Shown piece after piece: positions 9,659 to 19,908 of a DNA stretch of 64,000 bases. This DNA is from a virus (lineage: Duplodnaviria; Caudoviricetes), in the IMG/VR virus record IMGVR_UViG_3300025426_000021, positions 20,229 to 84,228 of that record; one strand, 5' to 3'. A model generated the notes under the pieces. That model was given only the letters and a program-made list of their open reading frames with translations, was not told the DNA's origin and made no database searches. Position numbers and translations under genes: made by a program. Within the stretch, counting starts at the first letter, position 1. Each line of letters opens with the position of its first letter.

Positions 9659-11214
9659 TGGCAAACTTTGATTCCATATTTAATGGTCGACCACCTGCTG
9701 AATCTAATACCAAGCTTTATAATAATCAAAAATATCAGTTAGATATTATTTTTGATAACTCGCAAGGTAATCAGTTTCAACTGGACTTAGCTAGTATGGT
9801 TACTTTGGATATAGAAGAAGATACTCGTTGTTGGTACAAGAAAGCAAGTCTAGTTATACGTAACCCGCAAAATATATTTGAACAGAAGGTATTTTCGAAT
9901 GCTAACCTTAATCAATATTATAAGTTTAGAAACGATGGTAGAGACATAGTATATATAAGGTTCCGTATAATAGAAGACAGTGCAATACTATCTACTAATG
10001 CAAAAATAGATTATAATACTTGGGGCATGCAGTATAAGTTTGTAGTATATGATAGAGAAGATATACCAGGAGAAACACCTTTAACTAAACAACTTAAACT
10101 ATATTTGTGGGAGTTTGATTATCAAATACTACAAGAAACAAACTTGCTTTGGTCAACTAACGAGTTGTTACCTTCAGATATTAACCCGGCTTATGCTACC
10201 GACGATCAAAAGAAAGTACCTGCTGGTAATGCTATTAAAAGCGCTATTACAAAAGGACTACAAAAATACGGTGTACAAACATTTACAAGTGAATGGGATG
10301 TAGGTTCTAGTAAAATATTTTATACCGCTCCTGCTAACTATACCGGGGCTGATACGATTGAGTATTTGTTAAAAAAGCATGTAAGCTCTCAAGTAGGTAC
10401 TGATGGTGGAGCTGATCCATGTATATTGTCTCGTACCCGTTACGACAATGATTGGAAACTGATATCATATACTAACTTTTTTTCTAAAGCAATCGAGATG
10501 AAAGGGCCTATAGCTACAGCAGGTCCATTACAAAGAGAAATAATAACTTTATCACTGCCTGGTGGAGACGATAGTGCAACATACTTGTACAACTTACAAA
10601 TATCTCCTTCCAACTCAAAAAGTTATTTTGCTAACTTTAAAGATCCTATTACTAGCAACATACGTAACATACACTTTACAGATATGTCTCCTTTAGATAG
10701 CGCTAGAGACATGATTCACACTCCTTGCTATAGTAATGATTTAAAAAATAAAATATTTGAACTAGATTTTAGCAATAATGATATACAAAATGTAAAAAAG
10801 TTTGTCAATACTAACTACGCTAATAAGCTTAAGATAAACTCTAACCCTGATACATTAATAACTTTAAACAAAACTAAAACAGATGCTTTAGCATTAAGAA
10901 ACATCTATTCTTACAGTACAGATAAGCTTAGTAGGTTTGCAGAAGGTAGAAACTTTTTATTAACTTCTGCATTATATTATAATACTTCATTGAGCTTTAC
11001 AGCATTTGGTTCTCCAATACGAGAAGCGGGTACGTTTATAAGTATTGAAACAGATGTAGGTAGTGTAAGAGATGAGTTCTTTAACAAGCTGTTTGGACAA
11101 TGGATGGTATACAATGTAGTACATAGTTTCTCTGAAGGAGATTACACAAACAACGTTACTGCATTAAGAGTACATGCAAATGATAACATTGATATAAAGA
11201 GTAATATAACTTAA
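9658..11214 (+). CDS. Baseplate hub protein (gp27-like)
   Basis: C-terminal G..REAGTFI...GQWMVYNVVHSF..Y pattern; located between gp53-like and gp5-like genes. Confidence 0.55.
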   Translation: MANFDSIFNGRPPAESNTKLYNNQKYQLDIIFDNSQGNQFQLDLASMVTLDIEEDTRCWYKKASLVIRNPQNIFEQKVFSNANLNQYYKFRNDGRDIVYIRFRIIEDSAILSTNAKIDYNTWGMQYKFVVYDREDIPGETPLTKQLKLYLWEFDYQILQETNLLWSTNELLPSDINPAYATDDQKKVPAGNAIKSAITKGLQKYGVQTFTSEWDVGSSKIFYTAPANYTGADTIEYLLKKHVSSQVGTDGGADPCILSRTRYDNDWKLISYTNFFSKAIEMKGPIATAGPLQREIITLSLPGGDDSATYLYNLQISPSNSKSYFANFKDPITSNIRNIHFTDMSPLDSARDMIHTPCYSNDLKNKIFELDFSNNDIQNVKKFVNTNYANKLKINSNPDTLITLNKTKTDALALRNIYSYSTDKLSRFAEGRNFLLTSALYYNTSLSFTAFGSPIREAGTFISIETDVGSVRDEFFNKLFGQWMVYNVVHSFSEGDYTNNVTALRVHANDNIDIKSNIT

Positions 11215-11222
11215 GTAATAAT

Positions 11223-12479
11223 ATGGCTCTAAGTGCACAACAAGTAATAAAAACGTATGACTATTATAATACGCTTACTGTTGTGCCTGGATATTCTGCA
11301 GTAGGGTATCCAAATGAGAACAATATAGCTAAAGCTTATTATAGTACCAAGTTTTCTTCTAATCCGATTGGTTCTCAAATAGACTTTTTTACACACTTAA
11401 ATGATCCGTGTATTGATATAGTAGCACCACAACCAGTGTTCACTATAACTAAACCTTTATCTGCTTTGAACCCTCAATGGATAGATGGTTGGTGGGATCA
11501 GGCAATGTTTTATTCCCACCCAGAAGTGGTAGCACAGTTAAGTGCTAACTATCCTGACATATATCAAAACTTTTCAGACTCGGTAGGTACTTTAGCGTAT
11601 GGTACGAACAATACAGACTATACTAATCCTAACTTTGGTAGAGATCCTATTGCATTACCTATACAGAACAAGGTTATATCAAATGTGTTTAAAGAGTTAG
11701 ACTCTCTTAATAACGATTTGTTAAAACTGTATCAAAACGTTACACCTAAAGGCTTTGGTTTAGGTTCAAATAACTTTTTACGTCAAGCTTTAGCTTATCA
11801 AGGTGCTTCATTTAGTTTACAAGCTGGTATTAAGACAAAGTACGGAGTACTAAAAGTAAAGATACCTTTTGCTACTAACCTTACCGGTAACTTAGAAAAC
11901 AACTCGAACTGGAATGTTGATCAGATTACTGAAAACATTAATCATACAGTTGATAAGATTAACAACGCTATTAAAACACCAGGTAGAATGTTATCTGAAG
12001 CTATCTTTAATGTAAAGCAATATATTAAAGATAAGATTAAACAGTTACCTTCAATAGGTAAGTTGCTTGGCTTAAATGTAGGTAACCCAACTGCAGTAAC
12101 TAAGGTGTTACAACAGTTACAGAGCTATGCAAGTGCAGCAAAGAGTGTACTGAATACTGCTGAAGGAGTGCTAGCAGCTACTAAGACAGTTGTAGCTACT
12201 GTACAACAGGGTATAGGTAGTATTGCTGGTACTTTAAATACGGAAACCAATCTTCTTAAAAATACTGTTAACACTGTACAACGTTTACCAGCTACCGTGC
12301 AAGGCTTTAACAGTGTAGTAAGTGTTGGTGGTACAACAGTAGGATTAAACTATCAAACTAATAATGCCGTAACGAACTTAAATAGTAATAAAGTTACTAT
12401 TATACCAGGTACTGTTAAGAGTGATGGTAATCCTTCAGTGATAAGTATTAATACAGTGCAAAACCCTCCTAACACATGA
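11223..12479 (+). CDS. Hypothetical virion/baseplate protein
   Basis: Late promoter TAAGTA 5 nt upstream; ATGA overlap with the gp5-like gene. Confidence 0.55.
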   Translation: MALSAQQVIKTYDYYNTLTVVPGYSAVGYPNENNIAKAYYSTKFSSNPIGSQIDFFTHLNDPCIDIVAPQPVFTITKPLSALNPQWIDGWWDQAMFYSHPEVVAQLSANYPDIYQNFSDSVGTLAYGTNNTDYTNPNFGRDPIALPIQNKVISNVFKELDSLNNDLLKLYQNVTPKGFGLGSNNFLRQALAYQGASFSLQAGIKTKYGVLKVKIPFATNLTGNLENNSNWNVDQITENINHTVDKINNAIKTPGRMLSEAIFNVKQYIKDKIKQLPSIGKLLGLNVGNPTAVTKVLQQLQSYASAAKSVLNTAEGVLAATKTVVATVQQGIGSIAGTLNTETNLLKNTVNTVQRLPATVQGFNSVVSVGGTTVGLNYQTNNAVTNLNSNKVTIIPGTVKSDGNPSVISINTVQNPPNT

Positions 12480-14659
12480 CAGAACAATTTAATAGCATAT
12501 ACGTAGGCATAGTTGTACAGAACGATGACCCTGATTACCGTGGTAGAGTGAAAGTATGGGTACCTCACATATCTACTATTGTTTATAACAAGTGGAATCA
12601 GTTAAAACAAGATCAAACGTTTTCTTTTCCAGGTACACCTAATGGAGAAAACTTAAGTCAAATATTACCAGATTTAAAAGCTCAGTTACCATGGGCAGAA
12701 CAGTGTAGCCCGATAATGGGTGCTTCTACCCCTGGTTATTATAATGCTTATGCAGATGTTAACTCTGTATCAGATGCTCCTTTAGTATATGGGTTACCTA
12801 ATAGTAACTATGCTAACTCTTCTTCAGCAACTAGCATTGACCCAGAGAACAAAGGTGGTAAACCTGGTTCGTATTTTGAATCTCATCCGGTGAGTGATGC
12901 ATTTGGTAATACAGCTAAGATAAACAGTCAAAACTTTAATCAGTATTCAGATCTCTATAAACCCTCTACATACTCTAATGCTGCTAAGGGTATATTTTCT
13001 GTTCCTAATGTAGGTGCACATGTGTGGGTGTTTTTTAGAGATGGTAGTCCATTAGTACCTGTTTACTTTGCTGCTGCTTTTGGACAAAACGATTTTAGCA
13101 GTATCTATCAAGCAGGTAGTGCTTATCCTGATTACCCAGATTCATTTGAAAATAAGGATAAAAACGCTTCTCAAGGTGCTACAAACGATCATTTAACTTA
13201 TCGTAATAAGATGGTTATTAACCAGCGTGCAGCTGCTATTGAGTTTATTAATACTACTGATAGAGAAGCATATAAGGTGACCCATTTCGGTGGTGGTTAT
13301 CATGAAATGAATAACTACTTTACTGCTCTGTTTAATCCTAAGAACTTTCAGTTACTAACCCTAGCTGATAAGTTTGAGACTGTAAAAGGTCATAATAACT
13401 TATATGTAGGACGTACTAGTGATAATATCATTAACGGAGATCACTTCTTAAAGGTTGGTAACTTCAGTACAAAAGCAACATCAATATGGAGTGACATATA
13501 TAGTACTTTAACAGGTATAACCGATCCAGCAAAGTTAGCTGCGCAGTTAGCTAGTGTGGTGAATCCTTTATCTGAACAAGAAAAAGAAATGGGGTTTGGT
13601 GGTAATAGCTTTGAGTTTATCACAAAACATAAAGTAGTAACAGTGGGTATAAAGCGTAACACTGCTAAAGCTTATGTATCAGATATAGCTGGTATATTGA
13701 CTGATGGTTTAAACGGAATACAAAGCATATCCCCAGATTTGCCTACAGGTACGTTTAAAACTAGACCTTATAACTTTCCAGCGTTTGCAGAACTATATGT
13801 ACCGGATATGCCTGGTGGTAACTATACCATACATGCAATGAACAAGTTTAGTGTTGATGCTGGTTCTGGTGGTATGCAGTTACGTACATTAGGTAACTTG
13901 AAGATAGCTAGCGGCACCACTGAAGTAAGAGGCGATCTTATTACGCTAGGCTCTCAAGATGGTCAAATCGCTATTAATGGTAGTCTTGTTACCATTGATG
14001 CAGATACTTTAAACTTAAGAAATAAAATCGGTGGACAGGTGGTAGTAGATAGCACTTTAGGTGTATCAAAGAACGTTATTATCGGGGGTGGTGCTTACGT
14101 AGAAGGTGAAATGTTTGTAAATCACGTAACCGCTCCTATAGAATACCAAGTAACAGAAAGTACTCAAATAGTCGCCAAAGGACCAGCTGCCCCGGGCGGT
14201 GTAAGTCCTGCTGGTGCACCAGGTAGTGGTTGGTCTATTTCTAGATCTAATATGCAAGGTAGTATAACTGTTATCATACCACCTCTAACAGTAAGCGGTA
14301 GTCTTACTAAAGAAACAGCAGTAACATTGCAGATTAATGCAGGTACGGTAGATTTAAATACAGCTGGTGCAGGTGTATTAACTATTGCACAACCACACAC
14401 TCACGTATTCAAGAACTTACCACTCACTTTACTTGCACAACCACCAGTTGGACCAAGTCCATTTAACGCTTATGCTGCTTCTAAGATTGGTGTTAGCGAT
14501 AATAAAGCTATCGGTCATGAAGGCCGTAGCGACGGTAGAAGCTCTACTGTTGGTATACCACCACCAACAAAGTTCTTACTTAAAGATGCACCTACAATAG
14601 CTGGCCCTAATGGTCCTGGTTCAACTCTAGTAGGACCAGCTATAGTGCCTACTCCTTAA
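12476..14659 (+). CDS. Baseplate central spike (gp5/VgrG-like)
   Basis: N-terminal YVGIVVQNDDPDYRGRVKVWVP and VPNVGAHVWVFFRDG (gp5 OB-fold); beta-helix-like repeats; C-terminal PHTH motif. Confidence 0.85.
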   Translation: MTEQFNSIYVGIVVQNDDPDYRGRVKVWVPHISTIVYNKWNQLKQDQTFSFPGTPNGENLSQILPDLKAQLPWAEQCSPIMGASTPGYYNAYADVNSVSDAPLVYGLPNSNYANSSSATSIDPENKGGKPGSYFESHPVSDAFGNTAKINSQNFNQYSDLYKPSTYSNAAKGIFSVPNVGAHVWVFFRDGSPLVPVYFAAAFGQNDFSSIYQAGSAYPDYPDSFENKDKNASQGATNDHLTYRNKMVINQRAAAIEFINTTDREAYKVTHFGGGYHEMNNYFTALFNPKNFQLLTLADKFETVKGHNNLYVGRTSDNIINGDHFLKVGNFSTKATSIWSDIYSTLTGITDPAKLAAQLASVVNPLSEQEKEMGFGGNSFEFITKHKVVTVGIKRNTAKAYVSDIAGILTDGLNGIQSISPDLPTGTFKTRPYNFPAFAELYVPDMPGGNYTIHAMNKFSVDAGSGGMQLRTLGNLKIASGTTEVRGDLITLGSQDGQIAINGSLVTIDADTLNLRNKIGGQVVVDSTLGVSKNVIIGGGAYVEGEMFVNHVTAPIEYQVTESTQIVAKGPAAPGGVSPAGAPGSGWSISRSNMQGSITVIIPPLTVSGSLTKETAVTLQINAGTVDLNTAGAGVLTIAQPHTHVFKNLPLTLLAQPPVGPSPFNAYAASKIGVSDNKAIGHEGRSDGRSSTVGIPPPTKFLLKDAPTIAGPNGPGSTLVGPAIVPTP

Positions 14660-15150
14660 GATCTTGGTAACACATTATTAGTTGTAATAATCTGTACAGG
14701 TTCTTTAGTCTTAATCTTTAGATTGTTTGTCTTAAAGAACTTGTTTGGTACATTAGCAATAGCTTGACCAATAGATGATACTGGATACTTTTGGCCTTTC
14801 TTAGAGGCATTAAAGTTATAAGCACCATTCTTAATAGAATCTATAACAGTAGCTACATCATCATCTTCTGGAATCTGTAATACCCAACCTACTAGATCCT
14901 TTGTAATAATCTTATTAGTGTCGGATACAAGCATAACGTATTGTTGCTTTGGTTTTGGTTCGCTTTCCTCATCATTACCGGTTTCTTCAGAAGCATCAAC
15001 CGCTTCTTCTTCCGTTTTAGCAGCTTCATCAACAGCTACTGTAGCATTGCTTAAGAGATCAAGGATTTCATCAATCTTTTCTTGATCTTCAACAGTCTTT
15101 TGCAATGCAGCGATAACAGCTTGTAGTTTAACGTATTCTTCTTTTGACAT
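14656..15150 (-). CDS. Hypothetical protein
   Basis: 164 aa ORF with an upstream TTGATT-N16-TACTAT promoter. Confidence 0.65.
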   Translation of the reverse strand: MSKEEYVKLQAVIAALQKTVEDQEKIDEILDLLSNATVAVDEAAKTEEEAVDASEETGNDEESEPKPKQQYVMLVSDTNKIITKDLVGWVLQIPEDDDVATVIDSIKNGAYNFNASKKGQKYPVSSIGQAIANVPNKFFKTNNLKIKTKEPVQIITTNNVLPRS

Positions 15151-15172
15151 AGTATGTATTAGTTATGTTACT

Positions 15173-15200
15173 ATAGTATAGTTTATTCTTAGGAAATCAA
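15173..15200 (-). promoter_or_regulatory. Sigma70-type early promoter TTGATT-N16-TACTAT
   Basis: Matches the recurring TTGAWW-N16-TAnnAT consensus. Confidence 0.55.
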
Positions 15201-15246
15201 GCTAATGGTATAGATATTTTTAAACATTTTATAATTAAAATAATAT

Positions 15247-16506
15247 ATGGAAGCTGATAAAGTATTAAAGGATAACAACTCATTTTGTCTTGTTCCTTGG
15301 ATACATTCCTACATTTCTCCACAAGGTAAGAGATGCTTATGTGCTGTTTCAAATGATAACTTTGGAAAAAACTTGTCATTAGAAGAGTTTTGGAATAGCG
15401 AGCAAATGAAAGAAATAAGACGTAAAATGATGCGAGGAGAGTCGTTATCAGAATGTGAGCGTTGCCACGGAAAGACTGTTAACGTTTATACATATAAAAC
15501 ATACTTCAATACAGAGTTTGCTCATAGAACAGAAGATATTTTAAAGAACACATCAGAAGATGGCACATACAATCAGTTACCTCAAACATTAGATTATAGA
15601 ACTAATGTTTGTAACTTTAAATGTAAAATGTGTACAGAAGAGTATTCTACACAAATACAAAATGAAAAGACTCGTAACAATATACCACTACAGTATGGTA
15701 TGTTAAACAAAGAAGAAAGAGAAAGAAGTGTAGAGATAATAGATAGCGAGTTTAATAATGAAGATATACTCAAGAACTTATTAGAGTTGTATTGGGCTGG
15801 TGGGGAGCCAATGTTTTGGAAAACTCATTGGGACGTATTAAAGAACTTAATAGATAAAAATTACGCAAAAAACGTAATATTAAGATATCATAGCAACTTA
15901 TCTACAATAAAGTATAAAGACTTAGAACTAACTGAATGTTTTAAGCATTTTAAAAAAATTAAGTTTTTCTGTAGTTTAGATGGTACCGGAGAAATAGGGG
16001 AATGGATAAGATCGAATCTTGATTACTTTAAATGGAGGTTAAACTTTGCTAAGTTAGTAGAATACAGAAACAGTAATGATAACTTAGAGCTAATACTTTC
16101 TATTACAGTTAATACACCTACCTTATTTGATTTCGATAATCTGTACAGCTTATGTAAAGAGTTTGCTGTTATACCAGATTTTCAAACATGCCATGCAGAC
16201 AATGCTACTAACTTGTTATGCCCAAGAACTATACCCAAGAAAATAGTACAAGATATATGTGATGCATTTCTACAAAAATATGCTAATGAAAACAACCTTG
16301 TAATGGATAAGTTTAAAAGCTACATTAACTTTCTATACAGTCAAGAGTTTTTTGAAGTAGATGCAGATGGAGAATATAGAAAACAATTAAAAAGAGCCAC
16401 TGATGAAATAGTTTATTTAGAAGAGAATAGGTCTCATGAAACTATTACTTTTAAAAAAATAATATCTCAAAATAAAGACTTAGAAGATTTTTATAACAAT
16501 ATATGA
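15247..16506 (+). CDS. Radical SAM protein with N-terminal twitch/SPASM-like Cys cluster
   Basis: CNFKCKMC (CxxxCxxC), AGGEP, SLDG; N-terminal FCLVPW...CLC...CERC. Confidence 0.85.
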   Translation: MEADKVLKDNNSFCLVPWIHSYISPQGKRCLCAVSNDNFGKNLSLEEFWNSEQMKEIRRKMMRGESLSECERCHGKTVNVYTYKTYFNTEFAHRTEDILKNTSEDGTYNQLPQTLDYRTNVCNFKCKMCTEEYSTQIQNEKTRNNIPLQYGMLNKEERERSVEIIDSEFNNEDILKNLLELYWAGGEPMFWKTHWDVLKNLIDKNYAKNVILRYHSNLSTIKYKDLELTECFKHFKKIKFFCSLDGTGEIGEWIRSNLDYFKWRLNFAKLVEYRNSNDNLELILSITVNTPTLFDFDNLYSLCKEFAVIPDFQTCHADNATNLLCPRTIPKKIVQDICDAFLQKYANENNLVMDKFKSYINFLYSQEFFEVDADGEYRKQLKRATDEIVYLEENRSHETITFKKIISQNKDLEDFYNNI

Positions 16507-17156
16507 ATGCATTATTATTAGGCACGGGTAGTAAGTGGGGTGTAAATTTCACCCAAACTTTAGTTAATAACGGCTATCATTGCTATGTAGTAACAAGCAA
16601 AGATATGAATATTAATGGAGTTACTACTATTAAGGTAGATTGGAATAATTTAAGTGTACAACAAGCAGAACAAATAGCAAACACTTTACCTGATTTAGAT
16701 TTAATATTTTTTAGTCAAAACGGTGGAGATGATCCTGGAGAGTGGTGCTTAAAAAATGGTAATGATTTTAATGAAGGTAATGTTAAAATGTGGGCTAATC
16801 GTTTTTGGACTGATTGTCAATTACCAGTATTTTTAGTTAAAAAACTAGAAAGTAAAATAAACGATAACACTAAAATTGGTTGGATGGTAACCGGTTTTAT
16901 AAAAAATGAAGTTGAACTAAAAGGGTGCTGGCAATGGGCGGGGTATGGTGCAAAAAAATATACAAATGTTTCTATGGCTCGGGGTTTTGCAAGCGTCAAC
17001 CATCCAGGTATATTTTTCTGTATAAATCCTCATCCAGGTCTGTTTGAAGAGAAGGTTTGGCAAGAACGTTCAACAGCACTGCTCAATACTATTAAAAACA
17101 TTACAAAAGAGCAAAACGGACACTCTTTATTTATTGACGGTAGTTCCTGGTGGTAA
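16503..17156 (+). CDS. Short-chain dehydrogenase/reductase-like protein
   Basis: N-terminal ALLLGTGSKWG Rossmann motif and YxxxK (YGAKK). Confidence 0.6.
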   Translation: MNALLLGTGSKWGVNFTQTLVNNGYHCYVVTSKDMNINGVTTIKVDWNNLSVQQAEQIANTLPDLDLIFFSQNGGDDPGEWCLKNGNDFNEGNVKMWANRFWTDCQLPVFLVKKLESKINDNTKIGWMVTGFIKNEVELKGCWQWAGYGAKKYTNVSMARGFASVNHPGIFFCINPHPGLFEEKVWQERSTALLNTIKNITKEQNGHSLFIDGSSWW

Positions 17157-17157
17157 T

Positions 17158-17937
17158 ATGATTTTATTTACAAACGGATGTTGCTGGACCTGGGGAGCAG
17201 GTTATGATTTTGAAGATGATACGTATACTCCGTATGTAGATCCTAACACTACACGTTTTAAAATTACCTGGCCGTATTTACTGGGTAAAAAGTTAAGTGC
17301 AGATGAAGTAATAAACCTATCTATGGGGTGCGGTAGTAATGAGCGTATTATTAGAACCACATTTGATTGGTTGTGTAACCAAACACCTGAACACTTGAAA
17401 GAAACTATAGCCATTATACAATGGACCGATGGGCAGCGGTTTGAATATTACGTACCAAAATCGCCTATAAACACATATGAGCGTAACACTGAAAATGATC
17501 CTTTTAGATGGCGATTGGTTGCGCCCAGATTTAGTACAGTAACACTACCGCCACCGTACTACATTACAAACACAACTCAAAATAAAATACCATTACCCGA
17601 TGACGAAAAAGATGGTACAGATATCAATCAGGTATGGATTAAAACAAACTCTAAGCAACAGGAAATGTATAAAGATATAATGTGTTTTACTTCTATGAGT
17701 GATATGTTTAAAAGTTTTGGAGTTAAACATTTTTTTTGGCATAAAACGTATGACCCTGATCATCATGCTTATCGCTCTCAAACTATAAAAGATTATATAA
17801 AGTATAAACTGCCGTTTATAGATAATGATATTATTTTTAAACCGGAATGGATAGCTCAAAACAAGCCGCACCCATCTTACGAGGGTTATAAGTATTTAGC
17901 AAATATAATATACGAACAAATTAAACCATTAATATGA
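17158..17937 (+). CDS. SGNH/GDSL-like hydrolase or acyltransferase family protein
   Basis: FTNGCCWTWG (block I), NLSMGCGSNERIIR (block II), HPS (block V). Start moved to ATG 17158. Confidence 0.6.
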   Translation: MILFTNGCCWTWGAGYDFEDDTYTPYVDPNTTRFKITWPYLLGKKLSADEVINLSMGCGSNERIIRTTFDWLCNQTPEHLKETIAIIQWTDGQRFEYYVPKSPINTYERNTENDPFRWRLVAPRFSTVTLPPPYYITNTTQNKIPLPDDEKDGTDINQVWIKTNSKQQEMYKDIMCFTSMSDMFKSFGVKHFFWHKTYDPDHHAYRSQTIKDYIKYKLPFIDNDIIFKPEWIAQNKPHPSYEGYKYLANIIYEQIKPLI

Positions 17938-18905
17938 GTAATAAAAAAGTAATAGTGTGTGGAGCGGGCGGGTTTATAGGTACCCATTTAGTAACCAGCT
18001 TAAAACAAAAAGGTTATTATGTTATTGGTGCTGATTTAAAATACCCTGAATATTCTAAAACTGATGCAGATGAGTTCTACTTATACGATTTAATAGATCA
18101 AAGTTTGGTAGATAACTTACTCGGTAATCAAGTAGATGAAATATACCAGCTCGCTGCAGATATGGGTGGTGCAGGATATATATTTACAGGTAATAATGAC
18201 GCACATATAATGCAAAACAGCGCTACTATTAATCTTAATATATTACGTTCTTTATTAAAATATAAAACTTGTAATAAAATATTTTATTCTTCTAGTGCAT
18301 GCGCATATCCTGCAGAAGCTCAAACAAAAACAGATAGTCCAGCTTTAAAAGAAGAAGACGCATACCCAGCTAACCCAGATAGTGAATACGGGTGGGAGAA
18401 GCTTTTTAGTGAACGTTTATATATGTCTCATGCAAGAAATCATGGGCTACAGGTAAGAATAGCACGGTTTCATAATATATTTGGACCACTAGGTAGTTGG
18501 AACAACGGTAAAGAGAAGTCTCCAGCTGCAATATGCAGAAAAGTAGCAGAAGCTACAGATGAAATAGAGGTATGGGGAGATGGTACTCAAACTAGAAGTT
18601 TTTTATATGTAGATGAATGTGTTTATGGTATACACCAGTTAATGGCAAGTAGTTATGACAAACCTTTAAATCTAGGTAGTGATAGACAGATAAGCATAAA
18701 CGAGCTTGCAGCAATAGTAGCTAAAATAGCCGGAAAATCCATTAATATAAAACATGTACCCGGTCCACGTGGTGTAGTAGGTAGATGTAGTGATAATGGG
18801 AAAATCCAAGAAGTACTAGGGTGGAAACCTAAGGATACTCTAGAGTATGGCCTTACTCAAACTTATAACTGGATTCTTAGTAGGATTAACCAACAAGAGG
18901 GATAA
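17934..18905 (+). CDS. NAD-dependent nucleotide-sugar epimerase, GDP-mannose 3,5-epimerase-like
   Basis: GAGGFIG, LAADMGGAGYI, YSSSACAYP, YGWEK, RFHNIFGP, EKSPAAICRK, WGDGTQTRSF. Confidence 0.9.
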   Translation: MSNKKVIVCGAGGFIGTHLVTSLKQKGYYVIGADLKYPEYSKTDADEFYLYDLIDQSLVDNLLGNQVDEIYQLAADMGGAGYIFTGNNDAHIMQNSATINLNILRSLLKYKTCNKIFYSSSACAYPAEAQTKTDSPALKEEDAYPANPDSEYGWEKLFSERLYMSHARNHGLQVRIARFHNIFGPLGSWNNGKEKSPAAICRKVAEATDEIEVWGDGTQTRSFLYVDECVYGIHQLMASSYDKPLNLGSDRQISINELAAIVAKIAGKSINIKHVPGPRGVVGRCSDNGKIQEVLGWKPKDTLEYGLTQTYNWILSRINQQEG

Positions 18906-18915
18906 ATATAGTTAA

Positions 18916-19140
18916 ATGAAATTTGAAGAACTAATGGAACAATACGGAATGCTAGAAAAAAAGCAGCGTATATTCTATCCTAAGACTCTTAAGTTATCCG
19001 AACCATTTTTAAAAGCTCTTAAAGAAGAGTTTGCTATACAGGAAAAAGCAGGTATGGATCTAAAAAAGTTTGCTTTGTTGTTAAATAGAGCACTTCAGTT
19101 CCATATTAATGAACATAAAAAAACCCCTGCACCGAAGTGA
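18916..19140 (+). CDS. Small late protein, candidate internal head protein
   Basis: TAAATA 7 nt upstream; N-terminus MKFEELMEQY. Confidence 0.55.
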   Translation: MKFEELMEQYGMLEKKQRIFYPKTLKLSEPFLKALKEEFAIQEKAGMDLKKFALLLNRALQFHINEHKKTPAPK

Positions 19141-19176
19141 GGGGTTAGTTGTTTGAGGGTGTGAAAAGTTCTAATA

Positions 19177-19908
19177 TTAGAACTTGAATTTGTAGCCGAC
19201 GTTGTAGCCTGTAATCTGAGCTGCTGAGTCTGTTAATGAAGTGCGTTGAGCAAATAAGTTTGCTGTTACACCATGGAACTCAAGGCCAACGCCTGGTTGG
19301 TAGTACTTCTTAACGTTCTTTAGTGCAGCAATAGTAGCAGCGCCTGGATCGTTAAAGCCAACAACTAGTGCTGGGACAACCTTCAATGCACCGAACGTAT
19401 TGATTGGTGTATTAACACCGAACTCATAGTTGTTGCTGCGATTGACTGTGTCGTTAAGAGCGCGGCCTTGCCAGTTAAGATGACCACCAAACCAACTACC
19501 ACTTAATTTTACAAATGGTAAGAAGTTGTGATTAGCTTGACCAGCGGCTTCTGCTGCATTTACGTGTCTCAACTCAGCACCGAGTGTTAAGTCAGCGAGA
19601 GGGGACGTGAACTTGTAACCAGCATCGAAATAAACGCGCTTTAGACCAGAAGCATCGGTTGTTGATACTGTTTTACCAGCTACAACTGAAGTTGTGGTTG
19701 TGTCGCTAACTTTGTCAAATGCTGTTACAGCAAGATCAATGCCGTATACATTTGTATCAACGCCAGCTGTTGCATAGTTAGTGCCAACTAATTGACCTTG
19801 TTGGATTAACTTTGAAGTAAATCCGAGGTCTAAGTCACCGCTAACTGGAGCAGCATTTACAACGATTGCGATTAATGACAATGCGAGGAATGTTAATAGT
19901 TTCTTCAT
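19177..19908 (-). CDS. Outer-membrane beta-barrel (porin-like) protein with signal peptide
   Basis: Sec signal MKKLLTFLALSLIAIVVNA; amphipathic beta strands; C-terminal YNVGYKFKF beta-signal; exact TATAAATA 6 nt upstream. Confidence 0.75.
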   Translation of the reverse strand: MKKLLTFLALSLIAIVVNAAPVSGDLDLGFTSKLIQQGQLVGTNYATAGVDTNVYGIDLAVTAFDKVSDTTTTSVVAGKTVSTTDASGLKRVYFDAGYKFTSPLADLTLGAELRHVNAAEAAGQANHNFLPFVKLSGSWFGGHLNWQGRALNDTVNRSNNYEFGVNTPINTFGALKVVPALVVGFNDPGAATIAALKNVKKYYQPGVGLEFHGVTANLFAQRTSLTDSAAQITGYNVGYKFKF

